Of a stretch of DNA of 64,000 nucleotides, positions 1 to 10,621 are shown one piece after another. Below the pieces are notes generated by a model. It searched no databases. It was not told the DNA's origin and saw only the letters and a program-made list of their open reading frames with translations. Position numbers and translations under genes: made by a program. The number at the start of each line of letters is the position of its first letter. Position 1 is the first letter of the stretch. The stretch is from an uncultured Verrucomicrobiae bacterium (GTDB lineage: Bacteria; Verrucomicrobiota; Verrucomicrobiia; Chthoniobacterales; Terrimicrobiaceae): positions 224,001 to 288,000 of the forward strand of contig CAVPOC010000002.1 of assembly GCA_963706955.1 (NCBI GenBank), written 5' to 3'.

Positions 1-210
1 CCGTAACAGAGTAAGCATATCGCGAAGATCTCGAATCTTTGGACCTGACGAATTGCCACCTGCTGATTCCACCGCTTTGCACACCCGCTCAATCTCAGCA
101 TCTAACCGGGCCGCATAGCTGCTGGCCGACTCCCGCAATTCCGCCCGCAAGTCCTGCAATTCGCTCACGACCGCCTTGCTCGGAGAAGCTTCACTTCCGT
201 CGTTCTTCAT
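1..210 (-). CDS. Hypothetical helical protein, runs off the window start (partial)
   Basis: Not in the ORF track. ATG at 210-208 opens 70 uninterrupted codons to base 1 (MKNDGSEASPSKAVVSELQDLRAELRESASSYAARLDAEIERV...RDLRDMLTLLR). Confidence 0.6.
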   Translation of the reverse strand, partial: MKNDGSEASPSKAVVSELQDLRAELRESASSYAARLDAEIERVCKAVESAGGNSSGPKIRDLRDMLTLLR

Positions 211-372
211 TCTGCTTGGAGTATAACCACACTCTCTCCCGTTTCTCAACAATTCCGAAACAGAGCCTAAGCCATGCTCTGTGCGCTGTCGATTAAACGC
301 TCTAACCGACGCGCTTATAGTAGAGTAATCCCTCTCTCGCACCCCTCCACCCAAGATCGTCCTCACGTCACC

Positions 373-388
373 TGTTCCACGTGGAACA
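373..388. promoter_or_regulatory. parS site (ParB binding)
   Basis: Perfect 16-bp palindrome TGTTCCACGTGGAACA matching the known parS consensus. Confidence 0.85.
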
Positions 389-444
389 GCGGACCTATTA
401 AGACGAAACAATTTAGGAAACGCATTCTTCATCTCCTTAAGGTA

Positions 445-619
445 TGTGAATAACCGGCCAAACTATTGTTCCAGCATGTGCCAGATTCTGTTCCACGGCG
501 CCAGTCACCCGCGAATAGCATGTGGATGACTTCAGAAAAAAGCCCGGTCTGCCATCCACGTCTTCGAGCTTTACTCACGCTGGACGTCTTCTAAGGGGCT
601 TACTAACATCTCATTCACA
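445..619. promoter_or_regulatory. Cluster of DnaA-box-like 9-mers, candidate oriC
   Basis: TGTGAATAA 445-453 (TTATTCACA on minus strand), TGTGGATGA 521-529 and TCATTCACA 611-619 in a relatively AT-rich intergenic region between two parS sites. Confidence 0.45.
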
Positions 620-635
620 AACCCATGAAAAAAAG

Positions 636-651
636 CGTTCCACGTGGAACA
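636..651. promoter_or_regulatory. parS site (second copy)
   Basis: CGTTCCACGTGGAACA, one mismatch from the perfect palindrome. Confidence 0.8.
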
Positions 652-696
652 AGCGTGCAATCACTAGCTCGGACGTTTTTCGCTAGCGCAAGTAGG

Positions 697-1472
697 ATGC
701 TCGGAATCTGGCTCGCAGCAGGAATCGTCCTCCTGGGTTGCTCGTCGGAGAACAAGTCGGAGGCGTTGGCGGTGGGAATGGATCTCTCTTACCCTCCGTT
801 TGAGACGATTGATGAAAACGGAAAGCCGATCGGGAATTAGCATTCAGCCTCGCAGAGGCCCTGGCGCAGTTTCTCGGGCGTCCCTTGCGGATCGAGAACA
901 TTCCCTTTGTGGGTCTGATCCCCTCTCTCCAGAACAAGCGGATCGACTGCATCATCAGTTCGATGACCGATACCCCGGAGCGGCGGCAATCGATAGCATT
1001 TTCGGATGCTTATTTGACGATCGGACTTGCCCTGCTGGTAGGCGCGCGATCCGATCTCTCCAAGGCCACCGACCTGGATAGCCCCGAGCGCACACTTGTT
1101 GTCAGGCAAGGCACCACCGGTGAACTCTGGGCCAGGAGCAACTTGAAGAAGGCCAAGGTGCTTTCGGTTGAAAAGGAAAACTCGGCGGTGCTCGAGGTGG
1201 TGCAAGGCAAGGCAGACGCTTTTCTCTACGATCAGATGAGTGTGTGGCAGAATTGGCAAAGACACCCGGAGTCAACGCGGGCGATTCTCGCACCCTTACA
1301 GAAGGAGTATTGGGCGATCGGTCTTCGCAAGGACAACGATGAACTGCGTTTGAAGATCAACGCCTTCCTTAAGGAATATCGGGAGAAAGGGGGCTTCCAG
1401 AGGCTGGGCGACGAATTTTTAAGTGAACAAAAGAAGGCCTTCGAGCGAGAAAATATTCCATTCTATTTTTAA
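697..1472 (+). CDS. Polar amino-acid ABC transporter substrate-binding lipoprotein (frameshift near 840)
   Basis: Lipobox LLGC, then VGMDLSYPPFE, LIPSLQNKRIDCIISSMTDTPER, GTTGE and ADAFLYD motifs split over ORFs 625..840 and 885..1472. Confidence 0.9.
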
Positions 1473-1503
1473 GTGGTCGCGAGCGGGTTATAATTGCTGG
1501 ATC

Positions 1504-2236
1504 ATGAATTTTCGAGGGCTCATCGCCGGATTCGCCGCGATACTCATCGGAGGCTACGAAGGGAGGGTGGCTGTCGCAGAAGAGGCTTATACCAGGTCAC
1601 GAGAAGGAATGGTCAAGAACCAATTAATGGCCGGCGGGATTACCAATCCCGACGTTCTCAAAGCCATGTCGGACGTGCCACGGCACGAGTTCGTTCCCGC
1701 CGCCATGCGGCCGTTTGCTTACATGAACGGGCCCCTCCCGATCGGACATGGCCAGACCATTTCGCAGCCCTTCATCGTTGCCTATATGACACAAGCTCTG
1801 GAGCTTACGAAGGAGGACCGGGTCTTAGAGATAGGAACGGGCTCCGGCTACCAGGCGGCGATACTGGGCAAGTTATGCAAAGCGGTATATACGATTGAGA
1901 TTGTGCCGGAGTTGGCACATTCCTCCCAGCAGCTTCTCGCCCGGCTCGGTTTCGAGAATGTGCACGTGAAAGCAGGGCGACGGATATCTCGGGTGGCCTG
2001 AGAAAGCTCCTTTCGACGCAATCATTGTTACCTGTGCACCAGATCATGTCCCGGAACCTTTGGTGAACCAGCTCAAGGAGGGGGGACGATTGATCATACC
2101 GATAGGCGAACAGGGAACCGTTCAGCAATTGGTGCTGCTGAGAAAGAGAGAAGGCAAAGTACTAAAGGAGAACAAGTTAGATGTTAGATTTGTTCCCATG
2201 ACGGGGCAGGCGACAAACGGATTGACGGACGATTAG
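1504..2236 (+). CDS. pcm: Protein-L-isoaspartate O-methyltransferase (frameshift near 1978)
   Basis: VPRHEFVP, GQTISQP, VLEIGTGSGYQAA; the shifted frame continues GDGYLGWPEKAPFDAIIVT...VRFVPMTG to TAG at 2234-2236. Confidence 0.92.
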
Positions 2237-2256
2237 CCCAGCTGTTAGGAAGACGC

Positions 2257-3040
2257 GTGAGCAGTCTGCTTACCAATTTCCTCGATAAGCCTCGCTCCCC
2301 CGCCCCGTTGTGGGCGAGAATAGCTACCGTAGGGTTTCTGTTTTTGGCCCTTTCTCTCTCCTGTTGGGCTTTGCTGGCCTCCACTACCACGAATTGGGGG
2401 GCGGTGTGGAAATACCGAAACGCATTCTGGCAGGGCTGGCTGCTTACCGTCCTGCTCTCCGTGGTTTCGCTTGTGCTTGAGCACACTCGTCGGCCTGCTC
2501 GCAGCCCTGGCGCGCCGGTCCAACGTGTTGATAGTTCGATATGTATCAATAGGTTACATCGAATGCGTGCGAGGGATGCCGCTGCTGGTGCTCATTTTGA
2601 TGTTCTTTTATGTAGTGGCCAATGCCATGGGAATTCACGACCGCCTGCTGGTTGGTGTGGTGGTGCTTTCGTTTTTCGCGGGCGCATATATTGCTGAGAT
2701 CATCCGCGCCGGAATTGAAAGCGTGGGTGCATCGCAGCTGGAAAGCGCGCGCGCCATTGGGCTGACTGTAGGACAAACGTATCGTTACGTCATATTTCCG
2801 CAGGCGTTGCGGCAAGTGCTTCCCCCCTTGGCGGGGCAGTTCGCTTCCATCATTAAGGACTCTTCGCTGCTCTCAATCATTGGACTCGCCGAATTCACCT
2901 ACACCGCGCAGCAGGTTAATTCAGCCACTTATAGCACCTTGGAAAGCTACCTTCCCCTAGCCGTCGGCTATTTGATCCTCACTCTCCCGATCTCGCTCTG
3001 GTCGCACGGTTTGGGAAGGAGGTTGCGTTATGAAACCTAG
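2257..3040 (+). CDS. Amino-acid ABC transporter permease (frameshift near 2478)
   Basis: RGMPLLV, AYIAEIIRAGIESV, QLESARAIGL, IKDSSL motifs of HisM/GlnP-type permeases. Confidence 0.9.
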
Positions 3041-3404
3041 CCTTGTTCTGACCTTCGCTGCCGCCTTCTGCGCATCTGCCTGCACGAAGGGCACCCAGAG
3101 CAATGAACAGCCAGCGCGTGCAATTGAGGGGTTACGTTGGCCCAAGAAGGAGGATGCACTCGTCGCAACGCTTCAGAAGCGGCAGGACGCCAATCTTGTC
3201 CGACTCGCTCAACAACGCGCCATTGACCAAGCGGCAGCGAAACGAGCGGCCGCCGAATTGGCTGCTGCCGAACGAGCTTACAAGAGGAAATCGAGCCGTG
3301 CTCGGAGGGTTCCGCCGAGCATGTATCGCACCGCCGAACCGCCGTTGCCCGAGCCAGACCTCTCTCTCCCCATCCAGGAAATTCCACAGTCCTCTCCTCC
3401 ATGA
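3030..3404 (+). CDS. Hypothetical putative lipoprotein
   Basis: Signal-like N-terminus ending ASAC; overlaps both neighbours, consistent with translational coupling. Confidence 0.55.
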   Translation: MKPSLVLTFAAAFCASACTKGTQSNEQPARAIEGLRWPKKEDALVATLQKRQDANLVRLAQQRAIDQAAAKRAAAELAAAERAYKRKSSRARRVPPSMYRTAEPPLPEPDLSLPIQEIPQSSPP

Positions 3405-4127
3405 CTATTCAATGCGCGGACGTTGAAAAAACCTTCGGGGACCACCGGGTTTTGAAGAGCGTCAGCTTTAACGCCACTTTCGAGCACACGATGGCGTTCA
3501 TCGGGCCTTCAGGCGGCGGAAAGTCGACTCTCCTGCGCATTATCGCCGGGCTTGAACACCCCGACGCCGGCACGGTCCGTCTCAACGGCGGTCCGCTTAT
3601 CTATGAGGAGAAGGCACTGAGAGCGCACCGTCGCAAGGTCGGCGTCGTCTTCCAAGCGTACAACCTCTTCCCGCATCTTACGGCGATGGAGAATGTTCTG
3701 CTCCCATTGGAAAAAGTTCATCGATTTCCGGATGCGCATCAACGAGCCGATGCTGTTTTCGAGCGCTTGCGCCTCGGTGCCCACACCGGCAAGAAACCGG
3801 CGCAACTCAGCGGCGGTCAGCGCCAGCGAGTCGCCATCGCCAGAGCGCTCGCGATCGATCCAGAGTTCCTCCTGCTGGACGAGCCCACCTCCGCTTTAGA
3901 TCCCGAGATGACCGCTGAGGTGCTCGATGTCATCGCAGATCTCCGCGAGACCGGTCAACCGGTGGTCCTGGTGACCCATGAGATGGGTTTCGCTCGAGAA
4001 ACTGCCGATCTGGTAGCCTTTATCGCTGACGGATCTGTTGCAAGAGTGCACGGAAGCGCACGAGTTCTTCAACAGGCCCAAAACTGAAGCCGCGCGCAAA
4101 TTTCTGGCCCGAGTTCTCAAGTATTGA
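3401..4127 (+). CDS. Amino-acid ABC transporter ATP-binding protein (frameshift near the 3' end)
   Basis: Walker A GPSGGGKST, LSGGQRQR, LLLDEPTSALDPE, VTHEMGFA; the shifted tail FFNRPKTEAARKFLARVLKY ends at 4127. Confidence 0.92.
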
Positions 4128-5034
4128 GCGGCACCGCGGAGCGTTCGTTCAGCCAGGACAAAATGTCGGCAAGCACAAGCTCCTTGTCCCAATCGTTCCA
4201 AAGCAGGTGGTATGCCTGTGGGTAGAGGCGAAATGTTTTGTCGATGGCCGCCAGTTGATCGAACCACGCGCGGACCTGCTCCGGGCGGAGGAAAACATCC
4301 TGACCAGCGGCCAGCACAAGGCAGGGCGTTTTCATCTCGGCCGCGACTTGAGCACTGCCTTCAATCAACCGTCCCAATTGATGGAGAAAGCGAAAGGTAA
4401 AGGCGGTGAATGTAATGCGGTGCACTGCGGACGCGGAGTTCAAATTCTTCATCCCGCGTCACCTTCAAGGGTTCCAGCTTTCCGGATATGAACCAGGAAG
4501 GGAAGAAGCGCAGGCCTGGCGCAACACGCGCTATCGTCCGAACAATCTGGCGAACAATCCAGGGAGTCGGCTTCAATAAATCGACCACGGGCACCGAGAA
4601 AATCGCGCCGGCCATCGGCTGTGCGAAGCGCTTGCCGGCGAGCATCCACGCCAGAATGAGCGCCCCCATGCTTTCCCCGCACACCCACAAGCGGCCTTTC
4701 ATCGTTAATGGAGTGCATGGCGTTAGCAAAACTCGAGATGTCACGCGAAATATCCTCCAGATCGAGAGCCGCACCGCGACGCGGCCGATGAGGATCGCTG
4801 CCCTGGCCGCGCAAATTCAGCGCAAAGCACGCCAAACCTGCTTTGTGAAGAACCTCGCCGAACGTCAAGAAAATCTGTGGCCGCGCCGCTGAGGCCGTGC
4901 ACGCAAACCACCGTTCCGCGTGACTTTCCCTCCGGCAACCAACGCTCACACGGAAACACCACCCCGTCCGGGGCCTCCCATTCGAACTGCGTTAGACTAG
5001 ATTCGGATTGCTTTTCCACGCCCCTCGCCAGCAA
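4117..5034 (-). CDS. Alpha/beta hydrolase, lysophospholipase-like (several frameshifts)
   Basis: VCVHGLSG, LRGQG, GESMG nucleophile motif and YHLL catalytic His across successive ORF pieces. Confidence 0.8.
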
Positions 5035-5042
5035 TTTCGCGC

Positions 5043-5568
5043 ATGCGCACCGTGCTCGTCAATATTCTCGCGGCCTGCTCGAGCTTCGTCACTCTTCTTG
5101 CCGGCCAGCTCGACGTCGCCGTGATTCAGTTTCCGGAGCAGAAGACCCAGCTGAACTTCAGAGCGCTTTCGCGACAGTGAACCTCTTTGAGCTGACAATG
5201 CCGATCGGACACGAACCTCCAACGCCTACCTAAAAGGCGGCTACGTTCTCTTCGCTCAACGCCTCCGGGCTGTGCCTGGCTCGAGCTTCTCCACATCGAC
5301 ACGCCTGAAAAATTCAAGCGCCAGCGTGACCGGCCGCTTGGATCACGCCTCCATCGCGCTCTCGATCTCGCTCATAGAGGGCATCAAAGCCGGATTGCGG
5401 ACATTTCGGAAAAAGGTTTACACAGGCTCCGGCCCGCTTCCGCCCGGGGCACCCCATGTTCTCGGTGTTCGCCAAGTGCGCGGACGTTCTTCCAACGTCG
5501 TCAAGGACCAGACGAGAATGCAGAGCTATTTTCTTACGACGGTGGTTGTCGCGCAATATGCTCCCTAA
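5043..5568 (+). CDS. Hypothetical exported protein (two frameshifts)
   Basis: ATG 5043 MRTVLVNILAACSSFVTLLAGQLDVAVIQFPE joins through frame changes to AYLKGGYVLFAQRL and ORF 5272..5568. Confidence 0.5.
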
Positions 5569-5816
5569 GCCCAAGACGTTATCCTCGCCGAGACGCTTCA
5601 CTTCAGCGGACGCTGGATGAGACATGATCGGATAAGATTTGAATTCGAATACTCGATACATCTATTGGGAAGCGCGCTTCGCTGGCGCCCTCCATTTAGG
5701 GTTCATCGGCCGAGGCGTAATCTGAGTTCGTCTGCGGCACGCAGCAGTGGGCATCGCTAAGACCGGTGGAAGGCCTCGCTTGACGCGCCCAGAGGCCGCA
5801 GAGAGTATCCGCCGCA

Positions 5817-6845
5817 ATGCACGAGCGATACGATTTCGCCAGCGACAACACGGCTGGGCTTTGTCCCGAGGCGTTCAGGCGCTTGCTGACGCGAACGACG
5901 GTTGCTGCCCATCCTACGGAGAGGATGTTTATACCGCCCGCGCGACCGACATGATTCGGGAGATCTTCGAGACCGATTGTGATGTCTATTTTGTCTTCAA
6001 TGGAACGGCGGCCAACTCTCTCGCGCTGGCTTCGATGTGTCGGAGCTACCATAGCGTTGTTTGTCACGAGATCTCGCATATCGAGACGGATGAGTGCGGC
6101 GCACCCGAGTTCTTTTCCAATGGAACCAAGATCCTGGTGACAGCTCGGGCCCAATGGCAAACTTGACCTCGCCGGAATCGAACGGATGATCCTGAGGCGC
6201 TCTGACATCCACTATCCAAAACCGCGCGTGGTCAGCCTGGCACAGCCAACCGAGCTTGGCGGTCTTTATGCCGGAGAGGAGATACGCGAAATTGCCGGTC
6301 TGGCGCGATTTCATGGACTGCACGTTCACATGGATGGGGCTCGCTTTGCCAATGCCGCGGCAGCCGTGGGCGGTTCGCCGGCCGAACTTACCTGGCGCGC
6401 CGGGGTGGACGTTCTCTGCTTCGGGGGAATCAAGCCGGGTATTGCCTTGAGTGAGGCGGTGGTCTTCTTCGACCGCAAGCTTTCCGAGGAGTTCGACTAT
6501 CGCTGCAAACAAGGCGGACAGCTCGCCGCCAAGATGCGATTCTCCTCAGCGCCATGGGCGGCCTGCCTGGAGGATGGCATCTGGTTGCGCAACGCAGAAC
6601 ATGCCAATCGGGCCGCCCGCCTTCTCGCCGAGCAATTGCGCGTCGTCCCAGGCGTCGAAATTGCCCATCCGGTCGCGGCGAATGCCGTCTTTGCCGTAAT
6701 CTCCCCGTCGGTCCACGCGCGCCTGCAGAAAGCAGGCTGGCGGTATTATGAATTCATTGGCGGCACCGCCCGCTTGATGACTTCTTGGCGGACGTCGGAG
6801 GAGGATGTCGCCGCCTTCGTAGCCAGCGCGAGCGGCGAATGCTAA
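5817..6845 (+). CDS. ltaE: Low-specificity L-threonine aldolase (frameshifts)
   Basis: YDFASDNTAG, FNGTAAN, ETDECGAPEFF, HMDGARFANA, DVLCFGGIK (PLP lysine). Confidence 0.88.
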
Positions 6846-6905
6846 TACGCTACGGAGGATCGCCAGCTATTAGCTTATAGTTAGTGTCCCATTGCACAGA
6901 TAGCC

Positions 6906-6967
6906 CTGTAGCGGCGGTGTCCCCACCGCCGACCAGCCCCTCGACCGTGAGGACACGGTCGCTACAG
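6906..6967. repeat. GTAG-type REP inverted doublet
   Basis: TGTAGCGGCGGTGTCCCCACCGCCG ... CGACCGTGAGGACACGGTCGCTACA; the family recurs in other intergenic regions. Confidence 0.8.
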
Positions 6968-7136
6968 TGTGTGCTGCCTGCACTTAGTTTAGCGGCGTGG
7001 CGACGAAAATCAGCTTAGACGTATTAGTCAACGATTGGTCGACGGCGATCACCGCCGAAAACTGGTGGCGCCCTTACCCTTGGCTATATTTGCAGCATAC
7101 CGTAGCACTACCGGGGCGTCGTATTGCTCCTGAGGC

Positions 7137-8412
7137 TTAGCTTGTCCAAGTCTCGACGGGCAAGGTGAGCCGATCCTCGAATATCCTTAGCCTTAGCATG
7201 TCGAGAGCCGTCTGCGTGGCCAGCTGTTTAAAGGTTTCCCGATCGGTGGGAAACAGTTCGCGACGGCATTCGGTGGTAACGCCTCGTTCGGCAATCGCGA
7301 TGAAGACAGTGCCGACCGGTTTCTCGATAGTCCCACCCGCTGGACCGGCAATCCCAGTAATTCCCAAGCCGAAATCGGCGCCGGCTTTTTCAGCGGCGCC
7401 TTCGGCCATGGCGCGGGCCACCGGGTCGCTGACGGCTCCGTGCAAGGCGAGGAGCCTCTCCGGCACGCTGATGGTTCGAATCTTTGCCTCGTTGGAATAG
7501 GTGACGAACCCTTCCGAGAAACACGAGAGATGCGCCCGGGCACATTGGTGATGCGGTTGGCGAGCAATCCGCCGGTGCAGGATTCAGCGGCCGCCAGGGT
7601 CTTTCGGACCTGGCTGAGCCGACTTACCACGACCTCCTCGATATTGATCACCGTCCACCGAGACCAGGTGGGTTCCCATGGCGGCCAGGACAAGCGGTTC
7701 CACTTCTTCCAGGACCGCACGAGGGGCGATCAATCGGAAGTCCACTTCGTTCGGACGTGCGCAATAGCCGACTTCGATGTCACCCCTGCGGCTCAACTCC
7801 ATGCCGATGAGCTCTTCGACGACGCTTTCTCCCAAGCCGACGATATGGTAGGTGCGGCACTCCTGGTCGTTCAGATCTCCACGAATGCTTCGAAGCATCG
7901 GACGAACGCAGCTCTCGAACATCGGCTTCAACTCACGCGGAGGACCAGGCAGCAGAAACAAGTGCGGCGTCGAGAGCGCTGGAGTCAAGACGGGCGGGAT
8001 ATAAAGTCCGGGCGCGGTCCCATGACCGTTGGGAAGGACCGTGGCGCCTTCCGGAACCATCGCCTGGCGAAGCATGCGCGAGCGCAGGAGAATTCTTCTG
8101 CGCGCGAGCCTTTCCATGATGGCGCGGGCGACGGTCTCATCCTCAACCAGGCGAAACCCGAGCAACTCCGCAGTGATCTCACGAGTGATGTCATCACTGG
8201 TTGGTCCGAGGCCGCCGGTAACAATGAGGATATCGCAACGGTCGAAAGCCTCCAAGAGCGCGTCGCGAATAGCAGCGCCATCCGGTATCGTCGTTTGTCT
8301 CGCAATCCGCAGACCAAGCGGGAAAGAGTTGCTGACCGAGATAGGCCAGGTGCGTGTTCGTGACGCTGCCAAGGAGCAGCTCCGTCCCGGTATTGAGGAT
8401 CTCAACGTTCAC
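7137..8412 (-). CDS. cinA: Competence/damage-inducible protein CinA with NMN deamidase domain (frameshifts)
   Basis: EILNTGTELLLG, TGGLGPTSDDIT, GTAPG, LPGPPRE, AESCTGG, GAVS, GITGIAGP, KPVGTV. Confidence 0.92.
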
Positions 8413-8485
8413 AGCCGCTTCGAATTGGTGTCGCTTCGCATCCGTTAGGTTGGCGGTGCGACGAAGGTCGGGCCGCCGAAATCGC

Positions 8486-9313
8486 TCAGCGCTCTCGCGA
8501 GAGAGCCTTAATCCAGGCATTTACTCGCGTGTGCTTCTCGAGTTCCTTTCGCAAGTCGTAAACATAGAGAAGATTCGCGAGCACCCGGAGCAGGATCTGT
8601 CGCGGCGTCGCGGGCTCGAGATGCACGGCGCGCAAACGCAGGTTTTGCCGGGTGAGAATCTCCTCGCAATCCGCCTTCGTTAGGATCCGCCCTTTATGAA
8701 AGGGGTCGAAAAGCACCTCTCCGTGGCGGGCAATGAAATGTCCCGGCAAATTGATCCCATCGACTTTCATCCCCGCGCGGCCGGCGACCATCCGGTAAAG
8801 AATCGCCAAGGTGATGGGAATGCCCATGCGCGTCTCGATGACGTGCGGCAAGAGCGAATTGCGCTCACTGTAATAATCGTCGGTGTTTCCTCGAAAGCAC
8901 AATTCATCGGCCATGAAATCGGCGAGAGCTTGCGCGCGTTGACGATTGCTGACGGTCCCGGAGATCCTGACCAGGAACTGTCTGCCCCATTGATTGACCC
9001 GATGTTCAAACGCTTCGATATCAACGGAGGGATCCAGAGTGTGGGCAAGCATCCAACAGGCCCTTTCGAGATCGCTGTCGTCGTTGAAAAAGTGGCACAA
9101 GAGGAGGAATTCTTCGTCCGCCCCCTGACAAGCGATTTCCGCCAGCACGTCGCGGGCGTGACGCGAGACCCTCTCGTCATCCATCTGCGCCAAATCGCGC
9201 AGGCCGGAGATCCATTCCTCTCCAGCCAGGGCCAGTTGCTCTTTGACCAGTCGCACTGTCTCCGGATCGTCGTCCCGAAGCAGGCGCACGATGGCGTCAC
9301 GTTGCGCAAACAT
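8486..9313 (-). CDS. SirB1/transglutaminase-like domain protein
   Basis: FRGNTDDYY, NS..VIETRMGIPITL, GINLPGHF, DPF, ILLRVLANL motifs. Confidence 0.85.
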   Translation of the reverse strand: MFAQRDAIVRLLRDDDPETVRLVKEQLALAGEEWISGLRDLAQMDDERVSRHARDVLAEIACQGADEEFLLLCHFFNDDSDLERACWMLAHTLDPSVDIEAFEHRVNQWGRQFLVRISGTVSNRQRAQALADFMADELCFRGNTDDYYSERNSLLPHVIETRMGIPITLAILYRMVAGRAGMKVDGINLPGHFIARHGEVLFDPFHKGRILTKADCEEILTRQNLRLRAVHLEPATPRQILLRVLANLLYVYDLRKELEKHTRVNAWIKALSRER

Positions 9314-9433
9314 GGCGGTGATTTTGTACTCCGAAAGTCTGCCGAGCGCAAGCCGGCGGGAAGGTCAGAACCTCAGATGAGCTCTGGGCTTGGGAGCACT
9401 CCTTCATCGACGATCCGCTTTGGAGACGAGTAT

Positions 9434-9619
9434 TCATCCTGGTTGCGCCTCAACGGTCTCGACCCTGCCGGGACGGCAGCGAATCGACAAGGCGATCGGG
9501 CGGCAGCAGGTCCCACAATCCTCGATGGTAGAATAGGATCCTTTTTCCGTGTCGGCTTCGATCGTGAAGGCCGATCCGCAGAACGGGCAGATCACCTCAA
9601 TGTCCTCGATCAGGTTCAT
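9434..9619 (-). CDS. CPXCG-motif cysteine-rich small protein
   Basis: MNLIEDIEVICPFCG...IEDCGTCCRPI. Confidence 0.85.
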   Translation of the reverse strand: MNLIEDIEVICPFCGSAFTIEADTEKGSYSTIEDCGTCCRPIALSIRCRPGRVETVEAQPG

Positions 9620-9681
9620 CTCAGTGGCTTCCGTCCAGAATCTACACGCGACTCTTCGGCTTGCAAACGGCGCGTTGGCAA

Positions 9682-10029
9682 TCAAGCGAACTCGATGCGC
9701 TTCGCGTCGCTCCAAAGATTTTCGAGAGAGTAGAATTGGCGCTTGGCTCCATGGAAGAGGTGCACGATCACATCGCCGTAATCGAGGATGATCCATTGGC
9801 TAGCCGGGTAGCCATCCTCGGAAAAAGGCGTGCGTCCGAGCCGGTCTCTGACCTGTTCACGCACCGAGCTGGAAATGGCTTTGAGCTGCGGCTCCGAGGT
9901 TGCCGAGCAAATGACGAAGTAATCGGTGAAGGTGGAGATGCCGCGCAAGTCGAGGATGACGATATCGAGGGCTTTCTTGTCTGCCGCGGCGGCGGCGCAG
10001 GCCTGGCACAAGATCTCGCCGTCAGTCAT
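9682..10029 (-). CDS. rsfS: Ribosome silencing factor
   Basis: DKKALDI, TDYFVICSA, WIILDYGDVIVHLF, FYSLENLW; downstream of nadD as is usual. Confidence 0.95.
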   Translation of the reverse strand: MTDGEILCQACAAAAADKKALDIVILDLRGISTFTDYFVICSATSEPQLKAISSSVREQVRDRLGRTPFSEDGYPASQWIILDYGDVIVHLFHGAKRQFYSLENLWSDAKRIEFA

Positions 10030-10599
10030 TGCGGTAGAGCCCGAGCTTGGCGATCAATTGCGCAGACGGGCAGCGGCGCCATGTAGCGCACGGAAAGGCC
10101 GCGGGCCACGCGTTTGCGAATCTCGGTGGAGGAGATCTCAATATGCCGGGTAATGGTTGGAAATCGTGAGAGGAATGGCATCCCAGCGCGTGAGAGAACG
10201 ACAAACTGCGCGGTCTCAAGAAGCTTATGGCTTTCCTTCCAGGTTTCCAGCTCAGCCAGGTTGTCATCGCCGATAAAGTAGTAGAGTTGCGGCCTGGGGA
10301 TGGCGGGCGCGAAACGACTGGACGGTATCGATGGTGAACGAAGGTCCTTCGCGCTCAATTTCGCAGGCGTCCATTTCGAAGCGCGGCTCTTCGGCGATGG
10401 CGGCGGAGAGCATCTGGCAGCGTGCTTCCGGGGGCGCAGGGGGACGGTCGAGTTTGTGCGGAGAAATGCGTGCAGGCAGAAAGATCACCTTATCTAATTC
10501 GAGGCGCTCCATCGCATCGCGCGCAAGGATCAGGTGGCCATTGTGTATCGGATCGAAGCTGCCGCCATAGAGTCCAATCTTTTCGGTTGGTTTCGACAC
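10022..10599 (-). CDS. nadD: Nicotinate-nucleotide adenylyltransferase (frameshifts)
   Basis: GGSFDPIHNGH, SPHK, SFTIDT, IGDDN, ISSTEIR. Confidence 0.93.
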
Positions 10600-10621
10600 G
10601 TGGTTGTGTATTCACGCACTT

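Noticed and set aside
625..696. ATG 625 as the start of the binding protein
   Set aside because: It would place a parS site in the coding region and lengthen the signal peptide; ATG 697 gives a more normal lipoprotein leader, though the start remains uncertain.
6843..7110. MITE with GCTACGG/CCGTAGC terminal inverted repeats around a REP
   Set aside because: The match is only about 7-10 bp, with no clear target duplication and no second copy in the window.
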